Source of the DNA: Candidatus Latescibacterota bacterium
GTDB lineage: Bacteria > Latescibacterota > UBA2968 > UBA8231
Reading direction: 5' to 3'
Length of the DNA stretch: 64,000 nt
Assembly: GCA_965197905.1 (NCBI GenBank)
Contig: CBDAOB010000005.1
Coordinates: 736,001 to 800,000 of the forward strand
Part shown: piece by piece, positions 39,887-48,528 of the stretch
Numbering within the stretch: the first letter of the stretch is position 1
Layout of the letters: every line of letters starts with the position of its first letter
The notes under the pieces: generated by a model
Told to the model about the DNA's origin: nothing
The model's database searches: none
What the model saw: only the letters and a program-made list of their open reading frames with translations
Translations under genes and position numbers: made by a program

Positions 39887-41023
39887 TCAGCTGGTAGCTG
39901 TGACGACGTTCACCGGAACCCGGTGCCACCCGGTGCGGCCATCGTAGGCGTCGGCCCCGTCGTCGTCTCGGGGTTGGACGTCCCCGGCATCATCGGTTGC
40001 CCTGGCGACGATCTGGTAGCCACCGCTCTCCGGCAGGGACCAACGGTAACCCCAGGTCACCCATATGTTGGGCGAATTTCTCGTTGTTATCTGCGCCTCC
40101 TGCCAGTGCACCCCGCCGTCGGTGCTTACCTCGATCCGGGCTACCCTGCGCTCCCCCGCCATCGCTATGCCGTGAATGACAAAGTCGTCTCCAACCTTTC
40201 CGCGAAGCGTCTGCGGGGCAACGGTCGTACCGCCGCCGGCGGGATCTTTCACATCATCCCACACGGAAACCGGCGCATCGATGCGCGAGTTGACGGTGGC
40301 AATGGCGTCATCTGACCACTTGTACGGCTGGTCCTTGGGAAGACTCTCCCAGTACCCCAGGTAGACGTTGTCGATGAGATCAATCCGGTCAATCCACTTC
40401 GGCATCTTTTGACCGTAGTGCCCGGGATTGATCAATCGCACCGGGAACCCGTGTTTGGATGGCAAGGGCTCGCGGTTCATTTCCCAGGCGAGAAGAACCT
40501 CCTCCCTGACGGCGCGTTCGAGGGGAATCGAGGTCGAATACCCGTCGATGCTGTGGAACTTGACGCGTATGGCCTGATTCCGCACGCCCGCGCGTTCCAG
40601 GAGATGTCGCAGCGGCGTGCCTCCCCACTCGGCATTGCCCACCAGGGGTCCTCCGATCCAGTTGCCGATGCATTGCAGCGTAACCGTATGCCTCTCGAAA
40701 GGCAGCAATCTCATGTCACCATAGGTGAGATCGTTTATGGGTGAATTCACCAGACCACCTACGCTCAGATGCCATCTGTCGGGATCCACTCGCGGGTCGT
40801 ACTGTTCGCCCTCTATGGACACTACATAGAAGCGGTCGTTGCTGGTAACGGGAGGCAACGGCAGGTCTTCCTCCGTCGTCGCTGGCGGGACATCCAGGTC
40901 GGGCGCCGTCGGCATGGCGGTCACATCCACGGAATTATCCGCGCACCCGACCCATGGCACAAAGCTCGAGATCATCGCACCCCCCCCCGCCTTCAGGAAA
41001 TCGCGCCTCGGCATTCGTTTCAT
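39887..41023 (-). CDS. Tat-exported sulfite-oxidase-family molybdopterin oxidoreductase
   Basis: 'RRDFLK', Moco Cys in 'TLQCIGN', 'HGFPVRLINPGHYG.K..KW' and dimer domain 'IEVSTDGG...ARATD'. Confidence 0.9.
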   Translation of the reverse strand: MKRMPRRDFLKAGGGAMISSFVPWVGCADNSVDVTAMPTAPDLDVPPATTEEDLPLPPVTSNDRFYVVSIEGEQYDPRVDPDRWHLSVGGLVNSPINDLTYGDMRLLPFERHTVTLQCIGNWIGGPLVGNAEWGGTPLRHLLERAGVRNQAIRVKFHSIDGYSTSIPLERAVREEVLLAWEMNREPLPSKHGFPVRLINPGHYGQKMPKWIDRIDLIDNVYLGYWESLPKDQPYKWSDDAIATVNSRIDAPVSVWDDVKDPAGGGTTVAPQTLRGKVGDDFVIHGIAMAGERRVARIEVSTDGGVHWQEAQITTRNSPNIWVTWGYRWSLPESGGYQIVARATDDAGDVQPRDDDGADAYDGRTGWHRVPVNVVTATS

Positions 41024-41210
41024 CGATCAGCTCTCCCCGCCCATTCGCCGATCTGCCACGAGTCTATCTTTTCTGAATATCGGCCAGAATCTCCAGGGAC
41101 TCGTTCGCGGGGTTGTATTGGGATATTGATGTTCGCCAACGGAAACAGAAACGCAAGCGCTCGATGACGCTGCTTTACTCCAGCTGGCTCGAACCGAGGG
41201 GGATCTAACG

Positions 41211-44180
41211 CTAGATGGCCGGCCCGAACCCGGAGAAGCCTATGAAGGCGCGCACGAAAAACTCCAGGGTCTTGAAGTTCCGCTGGTCCCTGAATTTGGT
41301 GTCGAACTTCTGCGTGTCCTTGGCAACGCCCATCAGGGTCACCAATTCGTAGCCAAAATAGGCAGACGTGTTGATCAGGGAGAGGAAAGAGGTGTGTTGC
41401 TCGAAACTCTTGCGCTCCGAGGTGTCGTCGCGACGTCGATACGGTAGCGGTCCAAAGCCCTGCATCCCCGCCCGCAGCGTCGTCCTCGGTGAGAGGGCAT
41501 ATTCCAGCCGCAGAATGGGGATGGAGCGCAGCTCGGAGCGCAGCCGCACCTGGCGCTCCCGATCCTCCAGACGCAGCAGCATGAATTTGTATTGCGGCGT
41601 GAAAAGCAGCTTGCCCCAGTGAAAGGGGTGTTGGATGCGGGTCACCGAGGTCCAGAAGTCCAGGCGCCGATCGCGCTGGAAGCGCCCGCTGCGCAGCTCA
41701 CCGCCCTGCTGCCAGTTGAAGCGCAGGCGGATTTTCTGCACTACATCCAGGTCCGACCAGAGCCGGACGCGACCCTCCAGGTTGGATGCGTTCACGAAGC
41801 TGTCCTGGTAGAACAGCAAATCCGGGACGAAGTCGACCTTGAGGAATTTAACGACCCCCTGGCCCCTCGGGCCGCGGGGCATGAAGACGATCCCGCGCCC
41901 TTCAAAAATGGTGTTGCGGTCGCCGGCGTCGTCCTGGAAGTCCATGAACTCGTCGGCGATGTCGTCCTCCACCTTGCGGCTGTTGTTTTCGAAGAAGACC
42001 CGCCTGAGCCACCCCGACCCCTGTCGGCGATAGCCGACCAGCCCGTAGGTGGAGCGACTGCGGCCGGTGCCCGCAATCTCCTTAACGGAGTAATGCCCCA
42101 CCGAGAGATACCAGTATGGCGTCAGGTGCCATTGACTGAACAGGTGAAACCCGCGCTCGTCGTAGTCGTACGGATAGTCCACCTCGCTGTCGTCTTCGCG
42201 CCGGTCGGGCTCGTCGTTGTTGTTGCGGTCGAGACCGTAGGCGTAGTCGTTGGGCTCGACGTCGAACATCAGGAAGGGCTCTTCGTAGTCGGGGATGCGA
42301 TCCAGGTCGCGGTTGGTATCCGGGATCCCGTCATGGTCCTCGTCCTGATCCAGAAACACGCCGTCTACATCGGTGCCGACATTGGTGCTGTTATAGCCCA
42401 ACAGAGCACCGTAATTAATGTCGGTAAAGTGATCCCCATCGTCGTTGTCGTCCACCGTCTTCCAGTACATGTAATCGTTGAGCGTTCCCGAGAGATGGCC
42501 TAACCGGAGGGGACTCTCCCAATGCAGATAGGAACGGAACTCGGTGGAAAACCCCGGATTGATGGAAAACAGCTCCCCGCCTACCAGCCCGCGCTCGAAA
42601 TTGCGGACGGCATTGAGAAAATAGGCGGAGCCGCGGTCGGCGAAGCGCGGCGACTCATCGAAGACGGGGCTGTTGTCGATCTCGGCGGGATAGCGTGAAT
42701 AGACGCTGGAGCGCGCGTACTCGCCGGCGATCTCCAGCCCTGGCAGCTCGAGGTGCAGATCGGCGCTGTAGACGAAATGTCCGGTGTTCTCGCCGATGTC
42801 AAAGCGCCGCCGCTTGAGGTTGGACAGATCCTGGACATTGCCCCGGGAATGCGCCAGATCCTGGTAATAGTTGGCCGTGAACTTGTCATAGTAGGAGCTG
42901 GCGAACGCGGATTTGAAATATAACGTCGCCACCTCCACATGGTAGTCGTTCCCCACGACGCCCTCCAAGGCGACCGATTCGATCGCGGGCTCGGTGCTCA
43001 GGTCGAACAGAAAGACCAGCTCCCGCTCCCCGTCGGCGCGCAGCAGCGCCTGGGGCGACTCAACCGCATAGGTGGAAAGAAGACCGGGAAGATTTCCTTG
43101 ACCGCTGACATCGAGGCCATCCTCGTGGTCGATCCGCAGGAAGTAATCGGCAAAGAGCGGAATCTCGCGGCCGCGATAATAGTATTCGTTGACGTACGGC
43201 GTGGCCGCAGAGCCGGCGGAGAAATAAGTGTAGTTCACCGCCTGGAATTTACCGGTGAGGGCAGAAGTGGATCCCACTTGCAACGAGGGATTGGCCTGGT
43301 GGCTGATTATCCGTGGCACCAGATCGGGTCGGACCTCCCCGTTGACCACCAGGACCACCTCCTGCACCGCGGCGCCCCCCACGCCGTCGGCCGGCGAATC
43401 ATCCTTGAAACGCACGATGATCCAGTCCATTAGCGGGTGGTCCGGCTTCAGCCGGCCCTTGAGGCTGTTGCCGGTGGTCTGCGTGCTCTGGTAGATATGA
43501 TGGTTCACCCAGTTGAGGCCCAGGTGCAGGGCGCCTAAATCAGCCTGGGCGCGGCTGCCCAGCAGCGAATCATCGGCCCGGTGCCGCCAGAGCATAAACG
43601 ACTCGCCTGATTGTCGGAGATCTCGCATATAGCCCATCGGCCGCTCGGCGCGCGACGCCACCGTGGTCAGCTTCAGATGGGGGGTGGACAGATCGAAGCG
43701 GACCCCGTTGAAGTCCACCTTGTAAAGGGTCAACGGCGTAAAGCGGGCGATCACCCCGTCTCCCGCCATCATATGGAAACCCCAGTCGCCGTAGCCGTCG
43801 ATGGCCGCCACCCGCAGGTCGAATACGCTGAGCCAGGGGCCGGGAATGGTCTTGAATATGTCGCTGCCGAACTTCAAGCCCTCCCTCCGGGTTTCTTCCC
43901 ATCTGAACAGATCGTAGCCGGTCAGCAGGAAGTTGCCGAAGGAATCGTAGTAGCCGGTCGGCGAATCGGTATAGGGAGCAGTATGATTGGGATAGTTCTC
44001 GTACTGCTGGAAGGCGAAGTTGCGGTAGGGAACGCGCTCCCCGCGCAGGAACGGCCGCGCCGGAAACACCTCGTCCAGGGGCAGGTCCTGGGCGTGCGCC
44101 GGGAACCCCCACAGCGCCAGCACCGCAAGCACACTCCAGCGCATGCTGGACCAATATCTGGTCGCGAAGCCGCGCGCCAT
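41211..44180 (-). CDS. Large secreted unknown protein, putative beta-barrel (copy 4)
   Basis: Signal peptide 'VLAVLALWGFPAHA'; closest paralog of copy 2, with long identical peptide stretches. Confidence 0.8.
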   Translation of the reverse strand: MARGFATRYWSSMRWSVLAVLALWGFPAHAQDLPLDEVFPARPFLRGERVPYRNFAFQQYENYPNHTAPYTDSPTGYYDSFGNFLLTGYDLFRWEETRREGLKFGSDIFKTIPGPWLSVFDLRVAAIDGYGDWGFHMMAGDGVIARFTPLTLYKVDFNGVRFDLSTPHLKLTTVASRAERPMGYMRDLRQSGESFMLWRHRADDSLLGSRAQADLGALHLGLNWVNHHIYQSTQTTGNSLKGRLKPDHPLMDWIIVRFKDDSPADGVGGAAVQEVVLVVNGEVRPDLVPRIISHQANPSLQVGSTSALTGKFQAVNYTYFSAGSAATPYVNEYYYRGREIPLFADYFLRIDHEDGLDVSGQGNLPGLLSTYAVESPQALLRADGERELVFLFDLSTEPAIESVALEGVVGNDYHVEVATLYFKSAFASSYYDKFTANYYQDLAHSRGNVQDLSNLKRRRFDIGENTGHFVYSADLHLELPGLEIAGEYARSSVYSRYPAEIDNSPVFDESPRFADRGSAYFLNAVRNFERGLVGGELFSINPGFSTEFRSYLHWESPLRLGHLSGTLNDYMYWKTVDDNDDGDHFTDINYGALLGYNSTNVGTDVDGVFLDQDEDHDGIPDTNRDLDRIPDYEEPFLMFDVEPNDYAYGLDRNNNDEPDRREDDSEVDYPYDYDERGFHLFSQWHLTPYWYLSVGHYSVKEIAGTGRSRSTYGLVGYRRQGSGWLRRVFFENNSRKVEDDIADEFMDFQDDAGDRNTIFEGRGIVFMPRGPRGQGVVKFLKVDFVPDLLFYQDSFVNASNLEGRVRLWSDLDVVQKIRLRFNWQQGGELRSGRFQRDRRLDFWTSVTRIQHPFHWGKLLFTPQYKFMLLRLEDRERQVRLRSELRSIPILRLEYALSPRTTLRAGMQGFGPLPYRRRDDTSERKSFEQHTSFLSLINTSAYFGYELVTLMGVAKDTQKFDTKFRDQRNFKTLEFFVRAFIGFSGFGPAI

Positions 44181-44228
44181 GGGAAACCTTCCCGTCTGTC
44201 TAGCAGTAACCCGGGAACAGAATAAAGA

Positions 44229-44259
44229 ACAGGGGTAGATTGTGACAATCTACCCCTGT
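44229..44259 (-). terminator. Perfect 15-bp inverted repeat, probable intrinsic terminator
   Basis: ACAGGGGTAGATTGT-G-ACAATCTACCCCTGT, followed on the minus strand by TCTTTATT; 36 nt after the 44296 stop. Confidence 0.7.
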
Positions 44260-44295
44260 GTAACCATACTCACATACGACCCGCGCGATGCGGGT

Positions 44296-46260
44296 TTACT
44301 TCAGCAGCGTCACCGCCTGTGTGGCCGAGAACTGACCGGCCTGCATGCGATAGAAATAAACGCCGCTGGATACCGGTTCGCCCTTGGAATTGTGGGCGTT
44401 CCAGGTGGCTTTGTAGGCGCCCGCCGGCTTGTAACCGTCGATGAGCGTGTCCACCAGCTGACCAGTGGTGTTGAACACCTCGATCTTCACCTGGTCTTCA
44501 TTTGCCAGCATAAAGTCGATGGCGGTCTCGGGATTGAATGGGTTGGGATAGGCGGCTCCGAGACTGTGGCTTTCGGGCAAGGCGGCGCTTGCCACCTCCT
44601 CGACCGCGGTTATGTTCGCCCCCATCTTGCCACTCTCGACCGCAAACGGCAGGTGCAGGCCCATATTGGGGACGCGTGGCTCGGTGGCTTCGTACGTATG
44701 GACCTCGTGATGAACGATGCTGTAATTGGTGTTGACGATGAGGCCGTCGTACGGACCCGGACCCTGGTTCGGGGCGCAGTAGAGATCGCCGTCATGCTTG
44801 GCGCAGTTGTTGGTGATCATGGCAACATTGGTGGTCGTATGTTGCGTGAACGGACCGACCGAGTAATCGAAGAAGGTCTGGCCGATGCCCGTCCCGTCGC
44901 GGCCGTAGATGGAGTGCCAATTCCCGAGGGTGTTGTGCCGCGGGGTAGTGATCGCAATCCTGCTCCTGGCGTCCGGCACAGAGTCGAGGATGAGGGCGAG
45001 CTCGCCGTTGCGGGCCGGACCCTGAATCCCAAGAGCGGCGGCGCGCTCGGCCGAAATCTGATCGCCGTAGTGGTCGCCCGGGCCGTTGGACCAGATGAGG
45101 TTGAAGTCGTGATCGATCTTGAGGAACTGGGTGCCGCGCCAGCCCATCGGCCACATGCCGCTTTCGTCCACGGTGATGGCGGTCGTGCCGCCGTTACCAA
45201 AGGCCTCGTTGCCGTTGTCGTCGATGCGGTATCTACGGTAGAACTCCACATGATCAGAATTGTACATGAGGAATTCGCCCGTGGTTTTGTCCCACACCCC
45301 GATTCCGGGATTTGGGGGGTCCGCTCCGCTCCAGTTGGTCGTATACATCTTGTCCTTCCAGAGCGCCACCGCCATGGTGGCCTCCGTGTCGGGCATCGGC
45401 TGTTTCGAATAGCCGTTGTCGCCCCAGTTCGGATCCCGATCCAGGGTTTTGGCGGCGTCATTCCGTAGCAGCCGGTAGACGCCGGCGCCGCCCCAGGTAG
45501 ACCAATTACCACCGATAAACGATACGTAGTAGGCATTCGGGTCGTCCACGTCCGGGCGGATGCCGCCGACCGTACCGCCGTTGTCGATGGTGTTGAGTTC
45601 CTCTACGAAATTCCAGGTCTCATAGCCAGTGGGGTTGTCAAGATAGTTGGTGCCCATCTTGCCGAGCGCCAGAGTGCCCCAGTACTGCCCCGCGTCTGCC
45701 GGCCCCTCAATGTGGGTCCATTGATCGCCGTTGCGCATATCCCAGACGGGGTCGCCCATTGCCATGGTGCTGAGCCCTACGAACGCCGCCGGGTCCACAT
45801 TATTGAGGGCGATGACGTCGAACTCGTAGTTACCAGGGCCGGCGGCATTACCCTCCCAATCATTGCCGTCCCATATGATCGTATTGGTGCCCTGTTCGAC
45901 GGAAATACCTTGGACACCACCGACCGTGGCGACATGCTTGTCCTGCGGAATGTAGCGAATCACCGCGTCGTTGATCCCGGTAGGACCGGTATCGTTGGAG
46001 CCGATCTCGTAGATGGCGACCCAGATGGTGGCGCGCTGGTTCGTTGTGATTGTAATGTCGGCGGCACCGCTGCCGCTGTAGGGGACATTTTGCGTGGTCA
46101 GGCGCATCGGATTCGCCGTGGTATTGGTGATCTCGCCGATGAGCTCTTGATAATTCTCCGGGAAGCTATCAAGCCCCGGCGGATAGGTCTCTGCCCCGGC
46201 GATGCCGACGGCAAGGACACCTAGTACTAAAGCAATAATTCCGATTCGAGGTAACTTCAT
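44296..46260 (-). CDS. Secreted protein with an N-terminal FlgD-Ig-like domain and a C-terminal FlgD-Ig/T9SS-like domain
   Basis: AAGGAGGA RBS, signal peptide, 'IIWDGNDWEGN..GPGNY' and 'AYPNPFNPET...SGVYFYRM...VTLLK'. Confidence 0.85.
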   Translation of the reverse strand: MKLPRIGIIALVLGVLAVGIAGAETYPPGLDSFPENYQELIGEITNTTANPMRLTTQNVPYSGSGAADITITTNQRATIWVAIYEIGSNDTGPTGINDAVIRYIPQDKHVATVGGVQGISVEQGTNTIIWDGNDWEGNAAGPGNYEFDVIALNNVDPAAFVGLSTMAMGDPVWDMRNGDQWTHIEGPADAGQYWGTLALGKMGTNYLDNPTGYETWNFVEELNTIDNGGTVGGIRPDVDDPNAYYVSFIGGNWSTWGGAGVYRLLRNDAAKTLDRDPNWGDNGYSKQPMPDTEATMAVALWKDKMYTTNWSGADPPNPGIGVWDKTTGEFLMYNSDHVEFYRRYRIDDNGNEAFGNGGTTAITVDESGMWPMGWRGTQFLKIDHDFNLIWSNGPGDHYGDQISAERAAALGIQGPARNGELALILDSVPDARSRIAITTPRHNTLGNWHSIYGRDGTGIGQTFFDYSVGPFTQHTTTNVAMITNNCAKHDGDLYCAPNQGPGPYDGLIVNTNYSIVHHEVHTYEATEPRVPNMGLHLPFAVESGKMGANITAVEEVASAALPESHSLGAAYPNPFNPETAIDFMLANEDQVKIEVFNTTGQLVDTLIDGYKPAGAYKATWNAHNSKGEPVSSGVYFYRMQAGQFSATQAVTLLK

Positions 46261-46318
46261 CTCTTTTTTTCCTCCTTGAGGGTTCCAGGTTCCACGTGGC
46301 TTCAAATAACTATATTTA

Positions 46319-46347
46319 ATCGGCACATCTACTTTGATCGGCACATC
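46319..46347. repeat. Direct repeat ATCGGCACATC x2 (18-nt period)
   Basis: Copies at 46319-46329 and 46337-46347, in the leader of the 46260 gene. Confidence 0.7.
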
Positions 46348-46472
46348 GTTGCGTCCCCTATGCATCACCTCCTTTGGAGACAACCGAAGTGGGGTTAAAG
46401 TGCGACCAGGTCACTAGTTAGACTCTGTTTTGCCGCCTCTGGGAACCAGCCAAAATATAAAATATTACTAAT

Positions 46473-46500
46473 ACAATAGCATCCAATCCTCAAGAGTCAA
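46473..46500 (-). promoter_or_regulatory. Putative sigma70 promoter TTGACT-N16-TATTGT with extended -10 TG
   Basis: Lies in an unusually AT-rich patch with an A7 tract upstream of -35, and points toward the 46260 gene. Confidence 0.5.
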
Positions 46501-46541
46501 GTTTTTTTGGCCATCCACCCGCTGCGCTACGGCGTACTAAG

Positions 46542-46927
46542 TCATTGAGGGTGGGACGCGACGAACCGACTTCGGAAGCTCATCATGTTGACTTCGGGTT
46601 CGTACCCCAGGACCTCTTTGGCGACCGAGAGGTCGAGGAAGCCGGTGTGACCTCCGTCCACGTTTTCGGAGGCGCCGTACCAGCCGCTGGGGTTGAACTG
46701 ATCGACCGTCGACAGGGGGGGAGGATCGCTGACCCGCTCGTTCAAGCCGGTTGCCTTGTTGGAGCGTGGTCCCGAACGTCGCCGATCTCGACGCGGGATC
46801 GGGCTCCTTCGATCTCTCTAACGTCGGCCAATGTCAGCTCGTAGCGTTCCTCTGCCTCTCAGGCCTTCCACAGGGCCGTGCCGATCTGGCCAGCAGCTCC
46901 AGTTATTAGTACTCGTTTAAGGGCCAT
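46542..46927 (-). pseudogene. NAD-dependent epimerase/dehydratase remnant (paralog of 57982..58731)
   Basis: 'RVLITGAAGQIG', TGA at 46861-46859 where the paralog has W, two internal deletions and retained 'VLGYEP..NMMSFRSRF'. Confidence 0.85.
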
Positions 46928-47027
46928 CTTGATCTCTCACTGTCTGCGATTCGTGTGGAGACCGCCGTCAGTTGGCGTTGCTGATCGGAACGCGGCGACA
47001 GTCCGCTATTGAAGAAAGGGGAAAACA

Positions 47028-48251
47028 ATGGGCAATCTCAAGATCCGCGATGTGCGGGCGATAGTGACCGCGCCGCCCGGTGCGCGCACCCTCACCCTCG
47101 TGAAGGTGGAGACCGACGAACCGGAGCTCTACGGCGTGGGCTGCGCTTCCTTCTTCTCGCGCCCGACCGCTGTCGCTGCCGCCGTTGACGATTATCTGAA
47201 ACCTTTTCTGGTCGGCAAGGACGCAAGCGAAATAGAAGACATCTGGCAGTCCTGCTATTCGTCTTCCTATTGGCGCAGCGGACCCGTCCTCAACAACGCC
47301 CTCAGCGGCGTAGATCAGGCATTGTGGGACATCAAGGGCAAGGTTGCGGGGATGCCGGTGTACGAACTTCTCGGCGGCAAATCGAGGGAGGCCGCAGCGG
47401 TCTACGTAATTCCGAGTAAAGAAGATGATGTCCACTCGCTCCTGGAACGCGGATTCCGCCACTTCAAATTGGGGGGCGAAACGCTGACGGCGGAGGACAA
47501 GGAGTATTACGCCCCCACCGTAATAACCGAAAAGGCGGCTTTCGACAGCGGAACCATCTTCGAGCCCACACCTTTCGCGCGCAGTATCGTCCGTCAATTC
47601 GAGGAGTTCCGCGCCCTGTTCGGCCCCCACCCGGAGGTTCTCTACGACGTCCATGAACGGCTGCCTCCCATCCAGGGTCTCGCGCTGGCCAAGGACGTCG
47701 AGCAATTCAAGCCTTTCTTCCTGGAGGACCTCTTCACACCGGAGGACAACGATTATTTTCGCCTCGTGCGCGAGCAGGCCAGCACGCCGATCGCCATGGG
47801 GGAGCTCTACAGCAATCCCCAGGAGATCGTGCCGATGATCAAGGACCGTCTAATAGATTTCATCCGCGTGCACATCTCGACCATCGGTGGCTTGACGCCG
47901 GCGCGCAAGCTGGCAGCCCTGTGCGAACCGTTCAATGTCCGCACCGCCTGGCATGGGCCGGCGGATATCTCGCCAGTGGGGTTCGCCGCGAACCTGATGC
48001 TGGACATGCACGTGTGGAACTTCGGCATCCAGGAGGCCTCGGCCTACCTGCACACCCACGAGACGTTGAAGGAAGTCTTCCCGGGCACGCCAGAGGTACG
48101 GGCAGGTTACATGTGGCCCAATGGAAAACCCGGTTTAGGTGTGGATATCGATGAGAAGCTGGCCGCCCGGTTTCCGGTCAAGGATCTGAGCGGAGCTACC
48201 ATAAGGTGGGGCAGCACACGGCGCGCCGATGGAACGGTGATACGACCGTAG
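47028..48251 (+). CDS. Enolase-superfamily acid-sugar dehydratase, RspA/ManD-like (copy A)
   Basis: 'SYWRSGPVLNNALSGVDQALWDIKGK', 'DVHER', 'FLED', 'AMGE', 'TAWHG', 'NFGIQE'. Confidence 0.88.
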   Translation: MGNLKIRDVRAIVTAPPGARTLTLVKVETDEPELYGVGCASFFSRPTAVAAAVDDYLKPFLVGKDASEIEDIWQSCYSSSYWRSGPVLNNALSGVDQALWDIKGKVAGMPVYELLGGKSREAAAVYVIPSKEDDVHSLLERGFRHFKLGGETLTAEDKEYYAPTVITEKAAFDSGTIFEPTPFARSIVRQFEEFRALFGPHPEVLYDVHERLPPIQGLALAKDVEQFKPFFLEDLFTPEDNDYFRLVREQASTPIAMGELYSNPQEIVPMIKDRLIDFIRVHISTIGGLTPARKLAALCEPFNVRTAWHGPADISPVGFAANLMLDMHVWNFGIQEASAYLHTHETLKEVFPGTPEVRAGYMWPNGKPGLGVDIDEKLAARFPVKDLSGATIRWGSTRRADGTVIRP

Positions 48252-48268
48252 GTGCTGTCTTTGCCGAG

Positions 48269-48454
48269 CTATTCGCCATAGCTAACCTGCGGCTGCACCG
48301 CGTCCAGCACGATTGGCGTTGCCGCCGACTCGCCTCGGTTGTCGGCAACGTCGTGCTCGAGATTAACACTAGGCGCGTTGTGGATGTCGTCGCCATCGTT
48401 ATTGAAAATGATACGGCGGCGACGCCAGCGAGCGGCTCTTCGCATCTCGTTCAT
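48269..48454 (-). pseudogene. Internally deleted paralog of 50618..52222 (N- and C-termini fused)
   Basis: 'AARWRRRRIIFNNDGDD' is joined in frame to 'RGESAATPIVLDAVQPQVSY'; GGAGG RBS retained. Confidence 0.8.
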
Positions 48455-48528
48455 CTGTTTACGCCCTCCATTTCGCAAAAGCTCGATTAATCACAGATTG
48501 TAGGGAGAAACTGTGATCGGAGACTAAA

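Noticed and set aside
16146..44180. Diversity-generating retroelement as the source of variable loops in the large paralogs
   Set aside because: No reverse transcriptase or near-identical TR/VR pair; the differences include indels and are not adenine-specific.
46400..46440. c-di-GMP-I riboswitch-like words (GGCAAAAC...GTCTAA) in the 46260 leader
   Set aside because: I could not build the required two-stem structure with a GNRA loop; it needs an Infernal scan.
46859..46861. Second in-frame TGA as selenocysteine or Trp recoding
   Set aside because: It aligns with Trp, not Cys, in the intact paralog; the gene also has internal deletions; and TGA ends many intact genes here.
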